From sequence record LC727699.1: 64,000 bases of DNA; one strand, given 5' to 3'. Both the position numbers and the translations under genes were made by a program. Under the pieces are notes generated by a model, which was not told the origin of the DNA, did no database searches, and worked only from the letters and a program-made list of their open reading frames with translations. Shown in pieces: positions 28,735-36,359 of the stretch. Position 1 is the first letter of the stretch. Each line of letters starts with the position of its first letter.

Positions 28735-28797
28735 ACCATGGGGACGCAGCTTGATACGGCCACCGGGTGGTTTCATGACAGCAAGGAAATAAAGAAA

Positions 28798-29025
28798 ATG
28801 ACAACTGATAAAAAGTTTAGCATTAAAGAACTCGGATGGGAAAAAGCCACTAATCTACCCGATGGTGAATACTACACTATTCCTAAACATGGACCACAAA
28901 ATTGGCGGGATGATCGTAAGATTATCAAAATAAAGAACAGTGTCAAGCTGGTTGATGCACCAGATTATAGCTGGTCAGCCCCATTCTTTTTCGAGGCAAA
29001 TAACTTGTTAATCGAAGAACCATGA
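28798..29025 (+). CDS. Hypothetical protein, LPxGxY-HGP-DR family copy 2 (start moved to MTTDKK)
   Basis: AAGGA SD; paralog of 28179. Confidence 0.6.
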   Translation: MTTDKKFSIKELGWEKATNLPDGEYYTIPKHGPQNWRDDRKIIKIKNSVKLVDAPDYSWSAPFFFEANNLLIEEP

Positions 29026-29183
29026 CTATGAAGCGATCATCAGGTTATTTTAAAAGAGTAGTAAAAGAACTAACTGAGCGAGAGAACATTATACATCAGA
29101 AAGTTCTTAAATACATCAATGATAATCCGAATATTTCTTATAAAGAAGCACGTCAAATAGTAACTAAGGAGATTATAAAGTGA
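29022..29183 (+). CDS. Small 53 aa basic protein not in the ORF track (MTMKRSSGYFKRVVKELTERENIIHQKVLKYINDNPNISYKEARQIVTKEIIK)
   Basis: ATGA overlap with the upstream stop and GTGA overlap with the downstream start; fills the gap exactly. Confidence 0.6.
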   Translation: MTMKRSSGYFKRVVKELTERENIIHQKVLKYINDNPNISYKEARQIVTKEIIK

Positions 29184-29392
29184 CTATTTCAATTCCTGCA
29201 TCAGTTCGTGGTGAGTTTGGAATTTATTACAAAAATAATAAGAATCTTCGACTGGGTCAGGCATGGCATAATTACATGCGTCTTGAAAATATCCAAAATG
29301 AAATGGATAAAGAATGGGCTGATAAACTCTGGAATGCTTCTGATAAAGAAGCAGCTGATATGGTTGATGAAGCCACTAATTGGACTATGTAA
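29180..29392 (+). CDS. Hypothetical protein
   Basis: 70 aa, GTG start, AAGGAG SD. Confidence 0.65.
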   Translation: MTISIPASVRGEFGIYYKNNKNLRLGQAWHNYMRLENIQNEMDKEWADKLWNASDKEAADMVDEATNWTM

Positions 29393-29431
29393 CTAAACAA
29401 TATTTACTATAGTAAATAAGGAGAAATACAA

Positions 29432-29575
29432 ATGACTAATGAAGAAATTATCGTAGATGAAAGTAAATGGGCCGATGACAGCGAGATGGTTGGCTGTAAA
29501 CCAGTTGATCTGTTTATTGATTTTTACTGGGTAGAGCCCACTCATCATACTCAAGAAGGAAAAGAGGATAATTAA
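29432..29575 (+). CDS. Small 47 aa acidic protein not in the ORF track (MTNEEIIVDESKWADDSEMVGCKPVDLFIDFYWVEPTHHTQEGKEDN)
   Basis: AAGGAG SD; stop 1 nt before the next ATG. Confidence 0.6.
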   Translation: MTNEEIIVDESKWADDSEMVGCKPVDLFIDFYWVEPTHHTQEGKEDN

Positions 29576-29576
29576 C

Positions 29577-29852
29577 ATGGGTGAATATACACAGAATGGT
29601 ATTCGTCATTTTCGTCCGGATGATACCGAAGATACCTTTTATATCTTGGGTGATTGTTATGTAGCCAATACTATCGCCGATATTATCGAGATGGCAACTA
29701 AGAAATGGGGTGATGGTATTACTCTTGATATGATTAATATCAGTACTGAATATATTCATACAAGTTGTCTAGGGTATGATGAGTACGACCCCAGCGATTA
29801 CAGTAATTATTTATGCATCTCTCGTGTTAGGGAAACATCGCTGGTTAAATAA
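29577..29852 (+). CDS. Hypothetical phage protein
   Basis: 91 aa, GAGGA SD, followed by a terminator. Confidence 0.7.
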   Translation: MGEYTQNGIRHFRPDDTEDTFYILGDCYVANTIADIIEMATKKWGDGITLDMINISTEYIHTSCLGYDEYDPSDYSNYLCISRVRETSLVK

Positions 29853-29860
29853 ATTAACGA

Positions 29861-29952
29861 CATAATCCCTCTCCTTCGGGAGAGGGCATTTATTCAGTTA
29901 AACTTTTAAGAATAAAAGAATTAGCCCTACTGTTACAGCAGTAGGGCTATAT
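29861..29952 (+). terminator. Two tandem terminator hairpins
   Basis: CCCTCTCC TTCG GGAGAGGG and TAGCCCTACTG TTA CAGCAGTAGGGCTA. Confidence 0.65.
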
Positions 29953-30017
29953 GCCGTTGAGTAAAAAATACTCAACATTTTCGCCCAAGTGGGCTTGGAT
30001 TAACAAGAGGAACAATC

Positions 30018-30323
30018 ATGTTAATTCCAGTTACCGCTAACAATGTTAGCCCTGACCTGCACAGAATGCAGGAAGTAGGTTTCTTTTTCAAGAGACCCGA
30101 TGGATCAACCCATAGCATGTCGGTTGCGAAAACGCAAGCCGATAATGTTATCCAATGTCGAGATCGTAGAGGTAACTTCATTGGTTATTGGGCTGGCCCT
30201 ACAATAGGATACGTCAACAACGCAGGTTTAGCCGTATCCATCAACCCCTTCGACAATTTCATAGTAACATACACTGACATGGATCAGAAGAAGTTCTATG
30301 TAACCGAAAGGAGAAGCCTATGA
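30018..30323 (+). CDS. Hypothetical protein
   Basis: 101 aa, GAGGA SD, followed by a terminator. Confidence 0.65.
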   Translation: MLIPVTANNVSPDLHRMQEVGFFFKRPDGSTHSMSVAKTQADNVIQCRDRRGNFIGYWAGPTIGYVNNAGLAVSINPFDNFIVTYTDMDQKKFYVTERRSL

Positions 30324-30965
30324 TAAACAACCCCTCTCCTAAAGGAGAGGGACTTATCTGAATTCTTTTTTTGTTTAAGTGAGAGCCGCCCGCTAAAGCG
30401 GCTCCCAAGTGGAGTTAAGTCTCCCGCTAAAGAGAAACTCCAGAATACATGGGGTAGCGACTCCTCATGTAGATATCCTAATTAATCTCTTTAGCTAGTA
30501 ATCAATACCCGTTATCACTCGTTGATAATTGATTTGTTTATTAACTAATTTGACTTAATCAGAATGATCAATACATATTGTTAATAATCTAGTATATTAT
30601 TACCAGTATCATTGAGTAATACTGGTAATCAAATATTACTCATGAATCTTACCTAATGTGGAACTGAGGAATCGGATCGCCCCGTAGGGGCTTTTATTTC
30701 ATAATAAACTATACCGAAGGTATATCCTTATTCTAATAATAAACAATATTAGCATTATTCTAATAGCGTTAGCTAATACATACTGTCTCCCTAAAAGGAG
30801 ACACAGTATAGATTATATTTTTTTTAATTAAAAATAATAAGTCTAGAGATAGACTTTCTTTATGCCTTTAATACCTTCTAATTTGCTCTATAATCGATTT
30901 TATTCGTTATTCACTAGCATATTAGCCATACGACATAAAAGCCCTCCTATGAGGGCTTAAATGCT
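30324..30965. other. ORF-free, hairpin-dense intergenic island (candidate ncRNA or replication/packaging element)
   Basis: About 12 inverted repeats in ~630 bp at a + to - strand convergence point. Confidence 0.6.
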
Positions 30966-31202
30966 TTATTTTTCATTAGTCGGATATAGGAGTACAATAG
31001 ACTCTGCGCATACTTTAATAACTTGGATATTTTCACTGTCATTATTTTTTGATTGTTTATTTTTAACGCAGTATTCAAATTGTTGGGATTTGAGTTTATA
31101 TACGTTATTGTTCTCTTCTCCCAGTATTCCTCCAAATACCAATCCTAGGATAAATATTAATAAACCACCAATAAAGATAATATAAATATTACCATAGTAC
31201 AT
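30966..31202 (-). CDS. Small membrane protein
   Basis: 78 aa; IYIIFIGGLLIFILGLVFGGIL transmembrane segment. Confidence 0.6.
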   Translation of the reverse strand: MYYGNIYIIFIGGLLIFILGLVFGGILGEENNNVYKLKSQQFEYCVKNKQSKNNDSENIQVIKVCAESIVLLYPTNEK

Positions 31203-31203
31203 A

Positions 31204-31572
31204 TTACATTAACTCCTTTACATCATCTGGAATAGATTCACACCGATCTAAATCCCAGTATATATGCGTGTAATGATCTTGATTTACAATACTGATGAAA
31301 TCCCCATTAGGATCAGGTAAAGGTTTACGGATCACATCGACATAGATAGTGTAGTACAGATATAGATCACTGATAAGTTCATCGATATTGAGGTTATTAC
31401 CTTCTGCATATTTACCATATTTAAAATAATGGGCTTCTTCTGCCACAGCATAACGGATTTTATCGTAATTTTGTGATGCGGCATATACACGTGCAAATAG
31501 GGGTCGATTAAACTTTCTACATTCACTAATATTCTTTCTTAAAGTATTTACTAAATTATCAATTGCACTCAT
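31204..31572 (-). CDS. Hypothetical protein
   Basis: 122 aa ORF coupled to the downstream gene. Confidence 0.65.
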   Translation of the reverse strand: MSAIDNLVNTLRKNISECRKFNRPLFARVYAASQNYDKIRYAVAEEAHYFKYGKYAEGNNLNIDELISDLYLYYTIYVDVIRKPLPDPNGDFISIVNQDHYTHIYWDLDRCESIPDDVKELM

Positions 31573-31597
31573 TTAGATTACCTATTAAAATTATAGT

Positions 31598-31623
31598 GCT
31601 CTCCCCGAAGGGAGAGCTTTATG
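31598..31623. terminator. Terminator after the helicase gene
   Basis: GCTCTCCC CGAA GGGAGAGC TTTATG. Confidence 0.75.
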
Positions 31624-31626
31624 TTG

Positions 31627-33174
31627 TTAATATCCCCAGTCATCTCCACCAGTTGCTTGCATATTACTAAGACTTGGTACGAAATCCATGTAATTGTTTT
31701 CTTCTTTATCGATATCCCATCTAATGCCACCGATACGGTCTGGATCAAACGGCATAACAAAATAGTGATGCTTACTATCACTTACAACGTTACGGTGTTT
31801 ACCACGTTGTACAGTTAGATAATACTTACCACTTACTTTAACAATGTGGAAGAAGAATTCCAGATCAGGTTCTTGTCCAAGTCGACGACAACCATCATAG
31901 TAACCTTTGTTAGCAACTTGTTTAACAAAGTCTTCTGGTGGGATATTATCCCTGATTAGTTCTAATGCCTGAGAACTTAACTGATGCGGACTAAAGAATG
32001 TGATACCACGTGGTGCAGTATAGTTACGCATTCGCCTAAATAGGAGACGAACGTCATCACCTGCTACACTGGTCACTAATCCAGTTTTAGGCAACATGTT
32101 TAGATAATCTACGCAGAGATATTGTAGTTCATAACCACGTGCTTGATATGTATCTAGGTAGTTAACTAAACCAGCAATCGTAAATTCAGTTGGGTCAAAA
32201 CGATACATTACTGGTTCAAAACCATTTTCACGGAGACGAGCTGATACATATTCAGCTGCTTCAGCTTTACTAATAGAACTACGATCTACCTTGATACCTG
32301 TTTCATTTTCGTAAATATACTCATAAATGAAAATAAGGTTATCCGGAATCTCATTCTCAAGAGTAATAAACATTACTAATGGTTTCTTATTGATATCACG
32401 CATGTATGGTTTATTAAATAGACACACATGGCAAAATAGACTCATAGAAACGCCAGATTTATATTGATGTTGTAGGCCACCACCGATAATAAATTCACCA
32501 CGTTTTAATGCACCCAGATCACCAAGCATCCTGTTAAAACCTTTCCATCCAGTTCGGAAAGCACCATTTGGTGAAAGAATGGTTTTAGCTTCTTCGAAGA
32601 AGCCTTCAATAGAGTCTAGATTACCAAAATCAAGTGCACCCATTTCAGCTGGGTGTTTCTCTTCAGCACGCGCGCGAATATATGGGTCAGCTCTGGTTGC
32701 CATTTCATTAATGATTGCCGGAATATCAGCAGAGCCCCTATTGAAAAGAATTTTTGATGAACATTCTTTTACAATAGCTTTTACCTTCTCATCAGCTAAG
32801 TAGCTATTTAGATCACGACGATATGAAGTTACACGCATGGCCAATGCCATGCCATTTGGAAATTCTTCTTCTACTGCATTTTTAACAGCATCGTATAGAT
32901 AACTTTCTTCACGACAACATACTTGTAGTGATTGTAATACCTGTTGGGTAGCTGGGAAATATGCTTTCTGTTTCTTATTTAGATCCACTAGTAGATTACG
33001 AAGATCTAAAAATGTTTGTCGACCATGATCTACATCTAATGTACCACCCTTATCATTTAGAGTATCAAGAATCTCGGTAACCAATTCATTGGATGATTCC
33101 ACAGGAGAATCTTCTCGATTTTCTAAACATAATAGAGTGATACATGAAACGAGTAATTGTTTTGGACTTGACAT
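31627..33174 (-). CDS. dnaB: DnaB-like replicative helicase (gp118-like)
   Basis: FRTGWKGFNRMLG, variant Walker A (GGGLQHQYKS), FITLEN, Walker B LCVDYLNML, HQLS, QRGKHR. Confidence 0.85.
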   Translation of the reverse strand: MSSPKQLLVSCITLLCLENREDSPVESSNELVTEILDTLNDKGGTLDVDHGRQTFLDLRNLLVDLNKKQKAYFPATQQVLQSLQVCCREESYLYDAVKNAVEEEFPNGMALAMRVTSYRRDLNSYLADEKVKAIVKECSSKILFNRGSADIPAIINEMATRADPYIRARAEEKHPAEMGALDFGNLDSIEGFFEEAKTILSPNGAFRTGWKGFNRMLGDLGALKRGEFIIGGGLQHQYKSGVSMSLFCHVCLFNKPYMRDINKKPLVMFITLENEIPDNLIFIYEYIYENETGIKVDRSSISKAEAAEYVSARLRENGFEPVMYRFDPTEFTIAGLVNYLDTYQARGYELQYLCVDYLNMLPKTGLVTSVAGDDVRLLFRRMRNYTAPRGITFFSPHQLSSQALELIRDNIPPEDFVKQVANKGYYDGCRRLGQEPDLEFFFHIVKVSGKYYLTVQRGKHRNVVSDSKHHYFVMPFDPDRIGGIRWDIDKEENNYMDFVPSLSNMQATGGDDWGY

Positions 33175-33313
33175 TTTTATAGATTTCCAATTGTGAAATT
33201 AAGAGATGTACAGTGTATCATTTAGATAGCTAGTAATTTTAGTGAATGTATTTGCTATATTGCTATGTAGACAGTTCCCAAAAGCCTAAAGTTACAATAT
33301 AGGTACTTTCACA

Positions 33314-33847
33314 ATGACCCAAGTTCTGGTTATGCCAAAAGCTGTTTTTGAATCATATAAAACAGCAGGTGTACAATTTAACAAATTGTTAGACACCAAC
33401 TATATAGTTTCCGAAACCTCCGTAAATGATCTTGCGGAGATACATCAGGCTTTAACTGCTTTCCCCTTTCTATTACCAGAAAAACTAGATATTAAGTTAG
33501 CAGTAAGCCCGATAATCAAAGTTGCTGAGCTAGGTGAAATAGACGGTCCTGACCAATTTAAGATGAAGGATTTACACAATCGTTTAGAGAGCCGCCTAGC
33601 GACTAATGAACTTAGGGATGCAGGTAACCGTAATTTAGTGTACGATTATTACCTATATCCTGTAGATGAGAATCTGTGGGTTGCGGTGCAGCAGAGTGCG
33701 CACATTGCAAGTAGCGATCCTAGACGTGTCTCAATTCAACTTAACCATACTTTCTTTGATAGTATGATAAATGAAATGTTGAACACCCGCCCACGTGAAT
33801 CCGTGGCGTCAACACAAATTTTTACCTATTATTTGGAGAGCTGCTAG
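33314..33847 (+). CDS. Minor capsid protein (gp119-like)
   Basis: 177 aa directly upstream of the major capsid gene; synteny. Confidence 0.65.
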   Translation: MTQVLVMPKAVFESYKTAGVQFNKLLDTNYIVSETSVNDLAEIHQALTAFPFLLPEKLDIKLAVSPIIKVAELGEIDGPDQFKMKDLHNRLESRLATNELRDAGNRNLVYDYYLYPVDENLWVAVQQSAHIASSDPRRVSIQLNHTFFDSMINEMLNTRPRESVASTQIFTYYLESC

Positions 33848-33919
33848 GTTGATTCCGGAAAAGATGCTTAGTAGACCCAAATTTTTAAACCAAAAACTCA
33901 TCCTACGTAGGAATAAAAA

Positions 33920-36163
33920 ATGAGCGTACATGCCCTAAGAGAACTGTTTAAACACAAAGGCGAAAAGAATTACGAAGTCTTCTCAATGGAAGATTTCATT
34001 GGCCGCCTAGAAAGTGAAATTGGTCTAAATGACAGCGTTGTTAGTCAAGGTCGTTCCCTTATTAGCAGCATTTCACATGAAAACTTCGGTACCGTGCAAG
34101 CTACCGACATTCAAGATGCCGCTGCAATTTATAACAAAATGCAAATGCTCGTTAACGACTATGGTTTCGAACGAGTAAGTTCCAGTGATCCTCAAGTACG
34201 TGCTCGTGAAGAACGTGTCCGTGAGAACCAAATCACTGCTGCTACCATGGCTGCTATCGCCTGTGCTGATGAAACTAAATATATCCGTGCACTACGTGGT
34301 ATTACCAAAGCTAAAGCTTCTAATGAAGATCATGTTAAGGTTGTACAGCATCAGTTCAATGGCCCTGCTGGCGGCATTCAAGTATTCGAAAATGGTGTTG
34401 GCCTAGAGAACTATAACGAGAAGTCACAGCGTGATTTCCGTGTTGTAACTATTGGTTATAACCTAGCTGCTAGCCGTCAGGATGAATTCGCTGAGCGTAT
34501 CTATCCGACCACCGTTATCAACCCGATTGAAGGTGGTGTTGTTCAGGTTCTTCCTTACATCGCTGTAATGAAAGACGTTTACCACGAAGTATCCGGCGTT
34601 AAGATGGATAACGAAGAAGTGAACATGGTAGAAGCCTATCGTGATCCTTCCATCCTCGACGACGAAAGCATTGCACTAATTCCTGCCCTAGATCCGGCTG
34701 GTTCCAATGCTGACTTCTTCGTAGACCCGGCTCTTGTTCCTCCGTACACCATCAAGAACGAGCAGAACCTAACTATCACTACTGCTCCGCTAAAAGCGAA
34801 CGTACGTCTTGATCTAATGGGTAACTCCAATGCTAACCTACTCATTCAGCGTGGCATGCTTGAAGTTTCTGACACCATTGATCCGGCTGGACGTCTAAAG
34901 AACCTATTCGTTCTACTCGGCGGTAAAGTTGTTAAGTTCAAGGTTGACCGTCTACCTCGCGCTGTGTTCCAGCCCGATCTAGTTGGTGATACCCGGAACG
35001 CAGTTATCCGTTTCGATAGCGATGACCTTGTTGTTAGTGGCGATACCACTTTCATCGACGGTTCAGCTGATGGCGTTATTAACGACCTTAAGACTGCTAA
35101 ACTAAGCCTACGTCTAAGCGTTGGTTTTGGTGGTACTATCAGCCTATCCAAAGGCGATTCTAAGTTTGGTGCTACCGACACTTACGTCGATAAAGTTCTA
35201 AACGAAGATGGCCAGGTAATGGATAATGCTGACCCGGCTGTTAAAGCTATTCTAGATCAGCTAACTGACCTAGCTGTTATCGGTTTCGAACTAGATACTC
35301 GCTTCACCAACACTAACCGTCGTCAGCGTGGTCACCTACTACAGACCCGTGCACTACAGTTCCGTCATCCGATCCCGATGCACGCTCCTGTAACTCTACC
35401 GATGGACACCATGACCGATGAAGGTCCGGGTGAGGTTGTTAAAGCTCTAACTGTTAACACCAACATCCGTAACAGCAACAACGCTGTTAAGCGCATGCTT
35501 AACTACCTTGCTCAACTACGTGAAGTTGTACACAATGGTTACAACCGTCCGAAGTTTGGTATCATCGAAGGTGCACTATCCGCTGTAATGCGTCCGACCT
35601 ATCGTTACAAAGAACTAGATCTTGAGAAAGTCATCGACACCATCAAGTCTAAAGATCGTTGGGACGACGTTTGCGCTGCGATCCTAAACTGTGTTAAAGC
35701 TGAGCTATTCCCGGCTCACCGTGATTCCAACATTGAAGCTGCCTTCCGTGTTATCTCCGGTAACCAGGATGAAACTCCGATGTATCTCTTCTGCTCCGAC
35801 AAAGAGATTGCTAACTATCTAATGACTAAAGGTGACGACCGTACTCTAGGTGCTTATCTCAAGTACGATATCGTTTCCACCAACAACCAGCTATTTGATG
35901 GTAAGCTAGTTGTAATTCCGACCCGCGCAGTACAACAAGAAAACGACATCCTCTCCTGGGGCCAGTTCTTCTACGTATCTACTGTTATCGCTGACCTACC
36001 GATCACTCGTGGTGGTCACCAGGTTACTCGCGAAATCGCGGCCATTCCGTTCAACCTACACGTCAACAACATTCCGTTCGCGCTAGAGTTCAAGATCACT
36101 GGCTTCCAGAAAGTCATGGGCGAAACTCAGTTCAACGGTAAGCTTGCTGATCTTAAGCCGTGA
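33920..36163 (+). CDS. gp120: Major capsid protein precursor (phiKZ gp120)
   Basis: 747 aa, strongest codon bias in the window, propeptide with SME/SHE/GLE sites; ends in TGA. Confidence 0.92.
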   Translation: MSVHALRELFKHKGEKNYEVFSMEDFIGRLESEIGLNDSVVSQGRSLISSISHENFGTVQATDIQDAAAIYNKMQMLVNDYGFERVSSSDPQVRAREERVRENQITAATMAAIACADETKYIRALRGITKAKASNEDHVKVVQHQFNGPAGGIQVFENGVGLENYNEKSQRDFRVVTIGYNLAASRQDEFAERIYPTTVINPIEGGVVQVLPYIAVMKDVYHEVSGVKMDNEEVNMVEAYRDPSILDDESIALIPALDPAGSNADFFVDPALVPPYTIKNEQNLTITTAPLKANVRLDLMGNSNANLLIQRGMLEVSDTIDPAGRLKNLFVLLGGKVVKFKVDRLPRAVFQPDLVGDTRNAVIRFDSDDLVVSGDTTFIDGSADGVINDLKTAKLSLRLSVGFGGTISLSKGDSKFGATDTYVDKVLNEDGQVMDNADPAVKAILDQLTDLAVIGFELDTRFTNTNRRQRGHLLQTRALQFRHPIPMHAPVTLPMDTMTDEGPGEVVKALTVNTNIRNSNNAVKRMLNYLAQLREVVHNGYNRPKFGIIEGALSAVMRPTYRYKELDLEKVIDTIKSKDRWDDVCAAILNCVKAELFPAHRDSNIEAAFRVISGNQDETPMYLFCSDKEIANYLMTKGDDRTLGAYLKYDIVSTNNQLFDGKLVVIPTRAVQQENDILSWGQFFYVSTVIADLPITRGGHQVTREIAAIPFNLHVNNIPFALEFKITGFQKVMGETQFNGKLADLKP

Positions 36164-36244
36164 GCTGGAAAGGGTTACCGTTATCTAGAAAATGGGACTA
36201 TCCGTTATTTGGAAGACGGTAATGCCCGGAAGTTAGAAGAGTAA
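36161..36244 (+). other. In-frame C-terminal read-through extension of the major capsid protein: [TGA]AGKGYRYLENGTIRYLEDGNARKLEE[TAA]
   Basis: 26 sense codons in the MCP frame; peptide repeats match the C-terminus of the gene at 61338-61871; terminator follows the TAA, not the TGA. Confidence 0.7.
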
Positions 36245-36248
36245 CAGA

Positions 36249-36279
36249 CATAGGCCCTCCCTTCGGGGAGGGCTTTATG
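36249..36279 (+). terminator. Capsid-operon terminator, CATA-hairpin-TTATG type
   Basis: GCCCTCCC TTCG GGGAGGGC TTTATG; CATA begins 4 nt after the TAA of the read-through extension. Confidence 0.85.
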
Positions 36280-36300
36280 TTGTATTACATTAAAAAAAGT

Positions 36301-36316
36301 TTAAGATCTATATTAC
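36301..36316 (+). promoter_or_regulatory. phiKZ early promoter motif TTAAGATCTATATTAC
   Basis: TATATTAC consensus after the capsid terminator, ahead of the operon containing the nvRNAP subunit. Confidence 0.7.
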
Positions 36317-36359
36317 AGTAATGATCATGATCTTCTAATTTAAAAATAGGTTAATCCAA

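Noticed and set aside
30324-30965. tRNA, tmRNA or CRISPR array in the hairpin island
   Set aside because: No cloverleaf with a TTCGA T-loop or CCA end, and no regularly spaced identical repeats with unique spacers.
30947-31818. Short ORFs at 30947, 30961, 31332, 31578 and 31621
   Set aside because: They overlap better-supported minus-strand genes or the terminator at 31598 and lack SD sites.
34185-35181. Alternative-frame and antisense ORFs inside the capsid gene (34185, 34636, 34846)
   Set aside because: Expected by-products of strong codon bias that removes off-frame stops; no initiation signals.
36161-36220. Selenocysteine recoding of the capsid UGA
   Set aside because: No recognisable bacterial SECIS apical motif and no redox context; near-cognate read-through is simpler. 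Only MS of the junction residue could exclude it.
36160-36222. Alternative 20 aa GTG-start ORF (MSWKGLPLSRKWDYPLFGRR) overlapping the capsid stop
   Set aside because: No SD and no similarity elsewhere in the window; the capsid frame, not this one, yields the repeat matched at 61803-61871 and ends next to the terminator.
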